From an uncultured Christensenellaceae bacterium (GTDB lineage Bacteria; Bacillota; Clostridia; Christensenellales; DTU072): a stretch of 64,000 nt of DNA. The stretch spans positions 22,043-86,042 of the forward strand of contig CAYSNP010000001.1 in NCBI GenBank assembly GCA_964432485.1, written 5' to 3'. The notes under the pieces are model-generated. The model did no database searches. It had not been told where the DNA came from and was given only the letters and a program-made list of their open reading frames with translations. Below, in pieces: positions 1-10,094 of the stretch. Made by a program: the position numbers and the translations under genes. How positions within the stretch are numbered: the first letter of the stretch is position 1; the number at the start of each line of letters is the position of its first letter.

Positions 1-750
1 GAGCTTGTTGACGAGCATACTGCGCTTGTATCCGTAATGCATATTTGCAACGAAACAGGAGCAGCTAATGATATTGCAGAGATTGTTAAGGTTGTAAAAA
101 GCATAAATAAAAATACTATTGTTCATAGCGACGGAGTACAAGCATTAGGAAAATTGGATATCAACTTAAAAGAGTTGGGCATAGATTTATATTCTATAAG
201 TGCCCATAAAATAAACGCACCCAAAGGTGTGGGCGCATTATTTGTTAAGGACGGAGTAAGGATATTTAACATTATGTACGGGGGAGGGCAAGAATATGGG
301 CTTAGGCCTTCTACCGAAAATGTGGCAGGCATTATGGCATTTGGCAGAGCTTGTCATTTGGCAATAGCAGAACGAGAGGAGGCAGTAAAGAAATATAGCG
401 CAATCAATCAAGCTATAAGGACTAAAGTACAAGAGGTTGATGCAGAAGTTCGCTTTATTTCAAACCAAGATTGCGTGCCGAATATTCTTACTTTTACCTC
501 TAAAAAGGTCAGGGGAGAAGTGTTGCTGCATGCGCTTAGCAAGCAAGATATATTCATTGGCACGGGCAGTGCTTGCTCATCTTCTAAGAAAACCGGCAGA
601 ATCCCTCAAGCGCTGGGACTGCAAGGGGAGTACCGTGACGGGATTGTGCGGCTAAGTTTTGGCAAGTTTAATACCTTAGACGAAGTTGCTTATTTTAATG
701 AAAAGTTTGAGGATATCTATTTGGAGCTTGCAGGCACTATCGGGAGATAA
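1..750 (+). CDS. cysteine desulfurase (NifS/IscS-type, class V aminotransferase); 5' end lies outside the window
   Basis: Frame 1 is open from base 1 (ELVDEHTALVSVMH...). PLP-lysine context SAHKINAPKGVG and active-site Cys loop GTGSACSS are present. It lies immediately upstream of thiI, as in Firmicute desulfurase-thiI pairs. Confidence 0.85.
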   Translation, partial: ELVDEHTALVSVMHICNETGAANDIAEIVKVVKSINKNTIVHSDGVQALGKLDINLKELGIDLYSISAHKINAPKGVGALFVKDGVRIFNIMYGGGQEYGLRPSTENVAGIMAFGRACHLAIAEREEAVKKYSAINQAIRTKVQEVDAEVRFISNQDCVPNILTFTSKKVRGEVLLHALSKQDIFIGTGSACSSSKKTGRIPQALGLQGEYRDGIVRLSFGKFNTLDEVAYFNEKFEDIYLELAGTIGR

Positions 751-751
751 T

Positions 752-1915
752 ATGAGCAGAACTATTGTGGTCAGATATGGAGAATTGTTTTTAAAAGGTG
801 CTAATAGGCACTTCTTTCAGTCGCTGCTACAAAGGAATATAGAAGCCGCCCTAAAACCTTTTTGCCATAAAATTATCAAGACCCAAAGCCGCATTTATAT
901 TGAAGATTTTGAGCTTAATGTGCAAGATGAGATAATAAATGCTCTTAGTTGTGTTTTTGGCATTTATAGCATAAGTGTTGCTATAAAAATACCTTCGAAA
1001 ATGCAACAGCTTAAGGAGGCTTGTTTAGCACATTCTCCTAAAGAAGGCAAGTTTAGGGTTTCGGTAAACAGAGCAGACCCAAAAATAAGCCAGCGTTCTA
1101 TGGATATAGCTGCCGATATTGGTGCATATATGCTTGCCAATACAGATAAGTTAAAAGTGGATTTATTTAATTTTGATTTTGAAGTCAAGGTAGATATGCG
1201 AGAAAACGGGTATTCGTATATATATTTTCACGATATACTTGCTCAAGGCGGCTTGCCCGTCGGCAGTTCAGGCAAAGGGTTACTGCTGCTTTCCGGCGGT
1301 ATTGACTCTCCCGTTGCAGGCTGGCTAATGGCAAAGCGCGGTATGCGCATATCCGCTGTTTACTTTCATAGCTTTCCTTATACCAGCGAGCTTGCCAAAC
1401 AAAAAGTGTTAGATTTAGCCGCTCTTATTAGCAAATATACTTTGCCGATTAGCGTATTTATTGTACCTTTTACCGAAATTCAGCAAGCTATCCGCACATC
1501 TTGTCCCGCTGATTATATGATTGCAATAATGCGTAGATTTATGGTAAGAATTGCGGAAAAGATTGCTAAAAATCAGGAAATAGGGGCTCTTATTACCGGT
1601 GAAAGTTTAGGGCAAGTAGCTTCCCAAACTTTAGAAAGTCTTACTTCTACCGGTGCAGTTACCAATTTGCCGATTTTTAGGCCGCTGATTGGGATGGACA
1701 AAACGGAAATAATTGCTTTGGCCAAAAAGATAGCTACTTTTGAAACCAGCATTTTACCTTATGAGGATTGTTGCACAATATTTGTGCCTAAAAATCCAAT
1801 AATCAGACCAAAAATTGAGGTAGTGGAAAAGATAGAGCAAGCGCTGGATATAGATGCTCTTATTACCAACGCCATTGAAAATGTTGAAATTGAAACTTGC
1901 GTTCATAACTGCTAA
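752..1915 (+). CDS. thiI: tRNA 4-thiouridine synthase / sulfurtransferase ThiI
   Basis: ATG at 752 gives MSRTIVVRYGELFLKGANR, a typical ThiI N-terminus. The THUMP-like middle and PP-loop SGGIDSPVA are present. The ORF-track start at 686 overlaps the upstream gene and is less likely. Confidence 0.9.
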   Translation: MSRTIVVRYGELFLKGANRHFFQSLLQRNIEAALKPFCHKIIKTQSRIYIEDFELNVQDEIINALSCVFGIYSISVAIKIPSKMQQLKEACLAHSPKEGKFRVSVNRADPKISQRSMDIAADIGAYMLANTDKLKVDLFNFDFEVKVDMRENGYSYIYFHDILAQGGLPVGSSGKGLLLLSGGIDSPVAGWLMAKRGMRISAVYFHSFPYTSELAKQKVLDLAALISKYTLPISVFIVPFTEIQQAIRTSCPADYMIAIMRRFMVRIAEKIAKNQEIGALITGESLGQVASQTLESLTSTGAVTNLPIFRPLIGMDKTEIIALAKKIATFETSILPYEDCCTIFVPKNPIIRPKIEVVEKIEQALDIDALITNAIENVEIETCVHNC

Positions 1916-4160
1916 GCAATACACTTTGCGCTGAGGTTTCTTCTATCCCGCCATATTCATTTTCTATTATCAGCCGATAGCGCACCAGCCCGGAATCTGC
2001 ATTTTGTTCATCAAAATATTCATAATGCCCTTCGTGTCCTTCTATTTGTGTAACTATCGTTTTAGTGTCAAGATATTCTTTAGCAATTTGGTATTTTTGT
2101 CCTCTTAAAGCAGTAAAAGAAACTTTTGGCACGCCGTCTACTAAGTTAACAGAAAAATCCTCAGGCATAGTTATATCATAAAGTGTAGAATATTCAAAGG
2201 GCGCATTTTTAATATCAAAATAAAATGCTTTAGAAAATCCTGCCGGAGTTTGAGGGCTGGCTAAAAAAAGTTCATCTTGAATATCTCTTGCTTTTAGGTC
2301 TATATCTAACATAACTATATTAGAAGGTATGCTAAAATCTTTGGGCTTGCTAGCAGTATATAAGTTTTCATAAACATACTTGCTAATTAAAGTAGGTATA
2401 GCGCCGCCTGTAAAGCTCTTAGGCAAACGACTTTCTGCCTTTTGCGTTAAATTGCCGCACCATACGCTTACCGTATGCGCAGTAGTATAGCTCATGCACC
2501 AAGCATCACTATTGAGTTCAGAGCCGCTATAGCCAACCGTGCCTGTCTTTGCCGCTACTTGATATCCCAAACTTGAAAGTTTTCTGGCAGTGCCGCTTGC
2601 TACTGCCCCCCTTAACATATCAGTCATTAAATATGCGACGGAAGGGGTAATTGCTTGCTTAAATGCAGAAGTATTTTCATAATGAAGCTCCCCGTTTGGT
2701 CCGTAAATGCGGCTAATAAAATTGACTGCCTTGTTTTTGCCCAAAGAAGCTAAAGTAGCATAAGCCTGAGTTATTTCTAGCGGAGTTACTCCATATTGCA
2801 TTCCGCCAAGCCCCAAAGCCAGATTATTATCGCCTTCCGTAAAGGAAAGTCCCATATCCGAAGCTACTTGCATACTATAGTTAAGTCCTAAATCATTTAA
2901 TAGTGCAACAGGTACGGAGTTTAAGGATTTTGACACAGCGGTACTTATATCCGTTCTACCGTAATAAGTGCCACGGTAATTTTTAGGGTTATAGCCGTTA
3001 TAAGACTTTGGCTCATCAATAACTATTGAGGCAGGAGTAATAAGGCCTTGCTCCAGCGCCGGCGTATAAGAAATAATAGGCTTAATGCAACTGCCGGGCT
3101 GCCGCCTAAGCAAAAATATATTATAGTCAAAATTGGCACTAAATGCACTGACTCCAAAGGTATTGTTATCCACCACCAAAATATAGCCCGGTATTTCTTG
3201 CCCTGTTTTTTCATTTTTCAATGCCGAAATAGCAATTGCTCTATCTGTGGACTGCTGCAAGCTCTTATCCATATAGGTATGGATAACAAAATTATTCTCA
3301 ATTAACGCCTTTTCTGTAATACCCAGTATCTTTGCGGCTTGCGCTATTGCTGCAATTGCATATTTTCCGCTATACTTATTATTTTCATCTAATACTGGTT
3401 TTTGATAAGAGTATTTTATAGCCGTATTGTAATCAGTGGCATTTATAAAATCGTTCTTTAGCATTACATTTAATGTTAAGCTCATCCTTTTTTGCGCATT
3501 ATCTAAGTTATTGAGTGGAGAATTACTGTTTGGGCTGCGTACGATTCCCGCAAGCATTGCTGCTTCTGCAATCTCTATATCTTTAGGTTCCTTATCAAAT
3601 AGCGTCTTGCAGGCTTTATCTATACCGTATATTCCGTTGCCAAAGTAAATTGCATTGAGATACATTTCTAATATAGCCTCTTTTTTATACTTCTTTTCGA
3701 TTTGGCGGGCAATCCGTACTTCTTTTAGCTTGCGCTCCAAGGTTTTCTTACTATCTAGCTGTGTATTTTTCGCCAGTTGCTGCGAAATTGTAGAAGCACC
3801 TTCTTTAATGCAACCTGCTTTGATATTGTGTACAAGCGCACCGCCAATCCTATAAAAATCAACCCCTTTATGCTTAAAGAAGCGCTTGTCTTCCAGTGCT
3901 ACAAATGCATTTACTATATTGGGGCTAATATCTTTGTATTCGGTATATTCATTTAGGCTGGAGTGATATAGGACTTCTTCCCCTTGAGAGTCCAGAACTT
4001 TTGCTTTAGCGCTGGGCGATTTTATTTTTTCGTCATTTAGCCCCGCTCCAAAAAATGTTTCCAAAAAGCTGATACTGCCCATTATGGCAATGATAATAAG
4101 TAAAAAGACAATTATATTTTTAATAGTTTTAGGCTTTCTTTTTTTTGCTTTTGATTTCAT
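1863..4160 (-). CDS. class A penicillin-binding protein (GT51 glycosyltransferase + transpeptidase, PBP1A family)
   Basis: N-terminal basic stretch plus TM helix. GT51 motifs EDKRFFKHKGVD and STISQQLAKN. Transpeptidase motifs SCIKP (SxxK) and KTGT. Extra C-terminal domain of about 140 aa. Confidence 0.9.
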   Translation of the reverse strand: MKSKAKKRKPKTIKNIIVFLLIIIAIMGSISFLETFFGAGLNDEKIKSPSAKAKVLDSQGEEVLYHSSLNEYTEYKDISPNIVNAFVALEDKRFFKHKGVDFYRIGGALVHNIKAGCIKEGASTISQQLAKNTQLDSKKTLERKLKEVRIARQIEKKYKKEAILEMYLNAIYFGNGIYGIDKACKTLFDKEPKDIEIAEAAMLAGIVRSPNSNSPLNNLDNAQKRMSLTLNVMLKNDFINATDYNTAIKYSYQKPVLDENNKYSGKYAIAAIAQAAKILGITEKALIENNFVIHTYMDKSLQQSTDRAIAISALKNEKTGQEIPGYILVVDNNTFGVSAFSANFDYNIFLLRRQPGSCIKPIISYTPALEQGLITPASIVIDEPKSYNGYNPKNYRGTYYGRTDISTAVSKSLNSVPVALLNDLGLNYSMQVASDMGLSFTEGDNNLALGLGGMQYGVTPLEITQAYATLASLGKNKAVNFISRIYGPNGELHYENTSAFKQAITPSVAYLMTDMLRGAVASGTARKLSSLGYQVAAKTGTVGYSGSELNSDAWCMSYTTAHTVSVWCGNLTQKAESRLPKSFTGGAIPTLISKYVYENLYTASKPKDFSIPSNIVMLDIDLKARDIQDELFLASPQTPAGFSKAFYFDIKNAPFEYSTLYDITMPEDFSVNLVDGVPKVSFTALRGQKYQIAKEYLDTKTIVTQIEGHEGHYEYFDEQNADSGLVRYRLIIENEYGGIEETSAQSVLLSSYERKFQFQHFQWRW

Positions 4161-4224
4161 CTCCTATAGTATTTAATCCTTAATGCGTAATATGTAAATA
4201 ATTTGCGTAAAGCTGCAGATATAC

Positions 4225-4254
4225 TTGAATTGCTCTTAGTTGGTAGTATATAAT
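4225..4254 (+). promoter_or_regulatory. putative sigma-A promoter of miaB (TTGAAT-N18-TATAAT), possibly giving a leaderless mRNA
   Basis: TTGAAT at 4225-4230 and TATAAT at 4249-4254. The ATG at 4262 follows after only 7 nt, and no Shine-Dalgarno is visible (TAATTAATAATATG). Confidence 0.4.
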
Positions 4255-4261
4255 TAATAAT

Positions 4262-5581
4262 ATGGAGAAGTTTTATAAAATCATCACTTATGGTTGTCAA
4301 ATGAACCTTCATGACTCTGAAAAGATTGCAGGTATGCTTGAGGACAAGGGCTATCTTGCAACTGCAGACGACAATAAGGCTGATATAATTGTCTTTAACA
4401 CTTGCTGTATCAGACATACTGCCGAGAGAAAAGCACTTGGCAACATATCAGCATATAAGCAATTCAAAGAAAGTAATCCAAAAATAATACTTGCTGTAGT
4501 TGGCTGTATGAGTCAGCAACCTGAAATTAATAAATTATTAACGGACTCTTATCCTTTTATAGATATTGTGCTTGGCACAGGCAACCTTGCTGCTTTTAGC
4601 AAGGCTATAGATGCTAAGTTAAGAGAAAACCTTAGAACTAGTTGGCGCAGGCTGGACGAAAAGCCTTTAATTGACGAAGGCTATCCGCTTGTCCGCACTA
4701 GCGGAGCGAATGCTTGGCTGGATATCACTTACGGTTGTAACAATTTTTGCTCTTATTGTATAGTGCCTTATGTCAGAGGCAGAGAAAGAAGCAGAGATGA
4801 CGGATTGATAGTAAAAGAAGCGGCCGCTCTTATAGCGCAAGGATATAAGGAAATTACTTTATTAGGTCAAAATGTGAATTCCTATTACTATAACGGAGTA
4901 GATTTTGCCGCTTTGCTTGAAAGGGTCGCTAAGCTGGACGGGGATTTTAGACTAAGATTCCTTACTTCTCATCCTAAAGACCTTTCGGAAAAAGTAGTTT
5001 GTGCTATTGCTTGCAGCGAAAAGATTTCTAAGTTCATTCATTTGCCTGTACAAGCAGGCAGCAATAAAGTTTTGGCAAGTATGAATCGAAAGTATACCAG
5101 AGAGCATTACCTATCACTAATAGAAATGATTAGAAACAAACTGCCTAAGGCAGGGATTACCACAGATATTATGGTGGGATTCCCCGGTGAACAAGATAAG
5201 GACTTCCAAGATACTCTTGATTTGGTGCGGCAAGCACGCTTTAGTTCGGCATTTACTTTTAAGTACAGCAGGCGCAAGGGGACAACTGCCGACCAAATGG
5301 AGCAGCAAGTACCTGAAGATGTTAAAAAGGCTAGGATAAGGGAGCTGATAAGCACGCAAAACCAAATTACGCTTGAGCTTAGTAAGGACTATATCGGAAA
5401 GACCGTTCGTGTGCTTGTAGAGGACAAAAGCTCTCGAGCTGCTGATACGCTTTGCGGCAGAGAAGATACCGGGAGATTAGTTAATATTGAGGATGCCGAT
5501 AGTCGCATAGGCGACTTTTGCAATGTGCTGATTACTCATACTAAAGCATCTTCTTTATGGGGGAGGGTAGCAAGTGAGTAA
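4262..5581 (+). CDS. miaB: tRNA-2-methylthio-N6-dimethylallyladenosine synthase MiaB (radical SAM methylthiotransferase)
   Basis: N-terminal KIITYGCQMN motif, radical-SAM cluster CNNFCSYCIVP, and a C-terminal TRAM-like end. Confidence 0.9.
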   Translation: MEKFYKIITYGCQMNLHDSEKIAGMLEDKGYLATADDNKADIIVFNTCCIRHTAERKALGNISAYKQFKESNPKIILAVVGCMSQQPEINKLLTDSYPFIDIVLGTGNLAAFSKAIDAKLRENLRTSWRRLDEKPLIDEGYPLVRTSGANAWLDITYGCNNFCSYCIVPYVRGRERSRDDGLIVKEAAALIAQGYKEITLLGQNVNSYYYNGVDFAALLERVAKLDGDFRLRFLTSHPKDLSEKVVCAIACSEKISKFIHLPVQAGSNKVLASMNRKYTREHYLSLIEMIRNKLPKAGITTDIMVGFPGEQDKDFQDTLDLVRQARFSSAFTFKYSRRKGTTADQMEQQVPEDVKKARIRELISTQNQITLELSKDYIGKTVRVLVEDKSSRAADTLCGREDTGRLVNIEDADSRIGDFCNVLITHTKASSLWGRVASE

Positions 5582-8204
5582 ATTATCACCAATGATGACT
5601 CATTACAAACAGCTTAAAAAGGACTATCCTGACACTATTATTTTTTATAGGTTAGGGGACTTTTACGAAATGTTTTTTGACGATGCGCTAATAGCTTCAG
5701 AACTGCTTGGGCTTACGCTAACCGGCAGAGATTGCGGACTGGAGCAAAGAGCGCCTATGTGCGGAGTGCCTTATCATGCGGCGGAAGGCTATATTGCCAA
5801 ACTGATTAATGCAGGGCAAAAAGTTGCAATTTGTGAGCAACTGACAGCCCCGGAAGACCAAAAAGGGCTTGTAGAGCGAGATGTGATTAAAGTAATTACC
5901 GCAGGCACTCTTACAGAAGAAAGTATGCTTGACGAGCGCGCCAACAACTACCTTGCTTGCGTATATCTTACCGATAAAGCGTATGCAATAGCCTGGTGCG
6001 ACATTTCAACGGGCGAATTTCAGGTGTTTGAGCAAAAGGGCAATGATTTTGCACAAATTGAGCAGCATCTTCTTAAAATCGAACCCAGTGAAATTATAGG
6101 CAACACCCTTTTTGCCGATAATAAGTTAAAGTTAGAGCTATTCAAAAGTGCGCATAATGTCTTTTTTCAGCAGTTTTACGATTATGCTTTTGATATAGAC
6201 AACGCCAAAGCAGCCATACTTACCCATACGGGAGCATATGACTTAAAGGTTTTTGGGCTGGAGGGCAAACCTATTGCCGCAGGATGCGCCGGAGCTTTGC
6301 TAGAGTATATTTATACCACGCAAAAGACAGCTATTGCGCATATCAATAATATTGTATACTTGAATCATAAAGACTATATGTTTTTGGATTACAATTGCAA
6401 GCGTAACTTAGAACTTACCCGTTCGATGTACGACAATAGCAAGCAAAACACCTTGCTTTGGGTACTTGATAACACTTATACCAGTATGGGCGCAAGAGAG
6501 CTTGTTAAGGTGATAGAAAATCCGCTGCTGGATTCTGATAAGATAAATAAGCGGCTTGACGCTGTGCAAGAGCTTATAGCATATGCTCCGCTTAGAGAAG
6601 AATTGGTGCTATATCTTAAAAAGATAAAAGATATAGAAAGAATGGCAAGCAAGATTGCTTTAGGCTCTGTTAAGCCCAGAGATTGCATAGCTATAGCGCA
6701 ATCTTTGGAGCAAATTCCAAAACTCAAGAAACTACTTTTCGGTTTTCGCTGTAGCTTACTTAATGCTTGTGCTGAAAATCTTAATTCTTTAGAGAATTTA
6801 TACAGTGAACTTTTTGCGGCAATTTGTATAGAGCCGCCTGCGCAAATAAGAGATGGCGGCTTTATTGCAAGCGGATATAACGAGTTGCTTGATGAGTATC
6901 GAGATGCACAAAATAAGGGCAAAAGTTGGATTGCGGAATACGAAGCTCAAGAACGTGAGCGCACCGGTATAAAGCTACTTAGAATCGGCTACAATAGGGT
7001 CTTTGGTTACTATTTAGAAATCCCCAATTCGCAACTGTCGCTTGCCCCTTATGCTTATCAGCGCAAGCAGACACTTTCTACCGGCGAGCGCTTTATAACT
7101 GAGGAGCTAAAAGCAGTTGAGGAGCGTATTTTGGGCGCAAGCGAAAAGGCTGTTGCCTTAGAGCTGGAATTGTTTAGCAACCTTATCAAAATCTTAAAAG
7201 GATATATTCAGCCGCTGCAAAGCAATGCTAAAATCATTGCTGCAATTGATGTGTTATGCTCATTTGCACAAGTGAGCATTCGTAACAATTACAGCAGGCC
7301 TACAATTAATAAAAAGGTTTCTGCAATAAATATCAAAAATGGCAGGCATCCCGTGCTAGAAGCGCTAATGGCAGAAAATGAATTTATTGCCAATGATACT
7401 TTTATAGATAAACAAGACCGCACCCATATTATTACGGGGCCGAATATGGCAGGCAAAAGTACATATATGCGACAAGTTGCGCTTATTACGCTTATGGCGC
7501 ATATAGGTTGTTTTGTCCCTGCAGATAAGGCGGAGATTGCATTGACGGATAAGATTTTTACTAGGGTAGGCGCAGGCGATAACCTTGCGCAAAGGCAAAG
7601 CACCTTTATGCTGGAAATGATAGAAGTGGCTAATATTCTCAATAACGCTACTCAAAAAAGTTTATTGATTTTAGACGAAATAGGACGAGGCACAAGCACC
7701 ATTGACGGACTATCTATTGCATGGGCTATTATGGAGTATATTACCGAAAAAATAAAGGGAAAGGCATTGCTTGCTACTCATTTTCATGAGCTTACCGAGC
7801 TGGAAAACTTTGCACCTCATGTAAAAAACTTTAGAATTCTGGTTAAAGAAGAAGGCGACGGAGTAGTTTTTCTTTACAAGATTAAGAGAGGGGGCACTAA
7901 CAAAAGTTTTGGTATCGAAGTTGCGGGACTTGCAGGAGTAAAAAGGCAAGTTATTCAAAGGGCAAAGGCAATTATGAACTCCTTGCTCCAATCGCATGAG
8001 TTTGGCGGCAATCTTAGAGAAAAGCTAAAAAATGCAGATGAAAATGAAGCAAGCAGCACAAGCGATTATAGCGATGATAAAAATATTTTGTTAGAAAATC
8101 TGTTAAACATAGTTGGGCAGGTAAAAATAGAGGATATAACACCTTTGGAAGCAGTATCAGCATTGGCGCAATTAAAAGCCTTGGCGGAAGGCAAAAATGG
8201 CTAA
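5574..8204 (+). CDS. mutS: DNA mismatch repair protein MutS
   Basis: GTG start preceded by GGGGGAGGG. N-terminus LSPMMTHYKQLK, Walker A GPNMAGKST, and DEIGRGTST. 876 aa. Confidence 0.97.
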   Translation: MSKLSPMMTHYKQLKKDYPDTIIFYRLGDFYEMFFDDALIASELLGLTLTGRDCGLEQRAPMCGVPYHAAEGYIAKLINAGQKVAICEQLTAPEDQKGLVERDVIKVITAGTLTEESMLDERANNYLACVYLTDKAYAIAWCDISTGEFQVFEQKGNDFAQIEQHLLKIEPSEIIGNTLFADNKLKLELFKSAHNVFFQQFYDYAFDIDNAKAAILTHTGAYDLKVFGLEGKPIAAGCAGALLEYIYTTQKTAIAHINNIVYLNHKDYMFLDYNCKRNLELTRSMYDNSKQNTLLWVLDNTYTSMGARELVKVIENPLLDSDKINKRLDAVQELIAYAPLREELVLYLKKIKDIERMASKIALGSVKPRDCIAIAQSLEQIPKLKKLLFGFRCSLLNACAENLNSLENLYSELFAAICIEPPAQIRDGGFIASGYNELLDEYRDAQNKGKSWIAEYEAQERERTGIKLLRIGYNRVFGYYLEIPNSQLSLAPYAYQRKQTLSTGERFITEELKAVEERILGASEKAVALELELFSNLIKILKGYIQPLQSNAKIIAAIDVLCSFAQVSIRNNYSRPTINKKVSAINIKNGRHPVLEALMAENEFIANDTFIDKQDRTHIITGPNMAGKSTYMRQVALITLMAHIGCFVPADKAEIALTDKIFTRVGAGDNLAQRQSTFMLEMIEVANILNNATQKSLLILDEIGRGTSTIDGLSIAWAIMEYITEKIKGKALLATHFHELTELENFAPHVKNFRILVKEEGDGVVFLYKIKRGGTNKSFGIEVAGLAGVKRQVIQRAKAIMNSLLQSHEFGGNLREKLKNADENEASSTSDYSDDKNILLENLLNIVGQVKIEDITPLEAVSALAQLKALAEGKNG

Positions 8205-10050
8205 AATAAACTTACTTGACAGCTCAATATTTAACTTACTTTCTGCCGGTGAAGTGGTGGAGAACCCTGCTTCTATTGTAAAAGAGCTAGTAGAAAACAG
8301 CATAGATGCGGGAGCTACCGAAATAAGCGTGAATATTTATGGCGGCGGCATAAAATCTATTGTTGTTACTGATAACGGAGTAGGGATAGAGCCCGATGAG
8401 TTGGAAAAAGCGGCATTGCCCCATGCTACAAGCAAAATTAAAGAAGCGCCAGATTTGCAAAGCATTGCAACTCTTGGATTTAGAGGAGAAGCCCTGCCCA
8501 GTATTGCCGCAGTATCCGAGTTGGAAATAAAATCCAAATATATAGATGCCGAGCATGCCAAAATGATAAAGATTAAAGGCGGCCAAATACTAGCTTCCCT
8601 TTCAACTTCTCTAGCTAAAGGCACTTCGGTAAAAGTCGGCAACTTATTCTTTAACACTCCTGCCCGCCTAAAGTTTTTAAAATCTCCGGGAGCGGAACAA
8701 GCGGCAATTACGCATACTTTAAAGAACTTGGCGCTTTCGCACCCTTTTATTGCATTTAGATATTTTCAAGAGGATAAAGAAGTTTTTTCCACTTACGGCA
8801 ATGGGCTGGAGGAAACGGCAAATATTATATATGGTAAAGAAATAGTAGGAAACTTAATTAAGATAGATATTGAGGATAGGGGAATATTTATACAAGGATA
8901 TATTAGCAGCCCAAAAATATTTAAGAATAATAAAAGGCAGCAAACGCTAATTATTAATTCCAGAGTACTATCTGCTCCGGAAGTGCAAGGTGCAATACAT
9001 AATGCTTATGCTCATAGATTAATGACTCGCTGCTACCCAATATATGTTTTGGATATTGTTATGCCATTTGACACCTTAGATGTAAATGTACATCCTCAAA
9101 AAGCAACTGTCAGGTTAGCCAATGCCCGCACCATTTGTTCTGTGGTTTATTATGCAGTAAAAAATGCTTTGGAGGAATATGAAAAGGCGCAAGTAGCACC
9201 TTTAACCTCTGCAAGCAACTTAAAAGCGGATGCTACTCAATTTATAAAAGAGCAAGTTGCCGCTGACAATGACAATGCAGAAAGCGTAATTCTTGACCAA
9301 AGCAGCAGCTTGCAAGACAGGCTCTTGAAAGCATATAAATACACTCCAAAGGAAAGCAATAGTAGCACTTTTGCACAAGAAAGGGCTGTCGGTATTGTTA
9401 GTGCCAAATCAAGCGACCCTTTGCTTGCGGCCAAGTTTAAAGAAAAAACTGCGCCCATTCAAGATGCTATGCATAGTCTGCCGCAAGATGCAACCTATAA
9501 AATCATAGGTCAAGCCTTTGACACTTATATTATAGTAGAAATGGGACAGGAGCTTATTTTTATTGACCAGCATGCAGCTCACGAGCGCATTATATTTGAT
9601 AGGATGCTTTCTGATTTTGCGCAAGGCGCTCCGTCACAACTGTTGCTTACTCCTTATATTTACAGTTGTCCATATGATGATATATCATATTTAACTGATT
9701 TTCTGCCTAATTTAGCTAAAGTTGGCTTTGAAATTGAGGAGTTTGGCGGCAATCATTTTAAAATTAGTGCAATACCTAATAATATTGTGGGCCTGGAGCT
9801 TACAGCATTTTTAGATAGCATACTAAAAGACAAATATTCCGACAGCAACGAGCTTTTAGAAGAATATATAGCCAAAAAAAGCTGTAAAGCGGCAATTAAA
9901 GGCGGCGATAGCCTAAATAAAGAGGAAATTGCCTATGTAATGGATTACTTTATAGCCAACTCTTTGCCAATGCATTGCCCTCATGGCAGACCTACCTTAA
10001 TTAAGTTTAAAAGAAAAGAATTAGAGGCCTTATTTGGCAGAATTAAATAA
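8197..10050 (+). CDS. mutL: DNA mismatch repair protein MutL
   Basis: GHKL ATPase motifs ELVENSIDAG and DNGVGI. The C-terminal dimerisation region carries QHAAHERI. The start overlaps the mutS stop by 8 nt. Confidence 0.95.
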   Translation: MAKINLLDSSIFNLLSAGEVVENPASIVKELVENSIDAGATEISVNIYGGGIKSIVVTDNGVGIEPDELEKAALPHATSKIKEAPDLQSIATLGFRGEALPSIAAVSELEIKSKYIDAEHAKMIKIKGGQILASLSTSLAKGTSVKVGNLFFNTPARLKFLKSPGAEQAAITHTLKNLALSHPFIAFRYFQEDKEVFSTYGNGLEETANIIYGKEIVGNLIKIDIEDRGIFIQGYISSPKIFKNNKRQQTLIINSRVLSAPEVQGAIHNAYAHRLMTRCYPIYVLDIVMPFDTLDVNVHPQKATVRLANARTICSVVYYAVKNALEEYEKAQVAPLTSASNLKADATQFIKEQVAADNDNAESVILDQSSSLQDRLLKAYKYTPKESNSSTFAQERAVGIVSAKSSDPLLAAKFKEKTAPIQDAMHSLPQDATYKIIGQAFDTYIIVEMGQELIFIDQHAAHERIIFDRMLSDFAQGAPSQLLLTPYIYSCPYDDISYLTDFLPNLAKVGFEIEEFGGNHFKISAIPNNIVGLELTAFLDSILKDKYSDSNELLEEYIAKKSCKAAIKGGDSLNKEEIAYVMDYFIANSLPMHCPHGRPTLIKFKRKELEALFGRIK

Positions 10051-10094
10051 TATAATTATAAAAATCAACCTAAAATAGAAGTATTAGGATAAGA

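Noticed and set aside
686-751. Upstream alternative starts offered by the ORF track (thiI 686, lexA 16590, recombinase 15457, proC 19985, rnhA 19197, GH31 61959, permease 48460, scpB 35039)
   Set aside because: In each case a downstream start has a better Shine-Dalgarno or promoter context. That start also gives the N-terminus expected for the family, whereas the longer form overlaps the neighbouring gene or a promoter. The rnhA, scpB and tcdA starts remain somewhat uncertain.
6476-6922. 148-aa minus-strand ORF inside mutS, and similar antisense ORFs (7289..7642, 8337..8657, 29474..29998, 33390..33740, 38231..38599, 38779..39201, 40680..41192, 46935..47489, 48756..49112)
   Set aside because: Each lies entirely within a confidently identified gene on the opposite strand. 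Their composition is low-complexity or Ser/Leu/Ile-rich, typical of antisense frames, and they show no RBS or recognisable motif.
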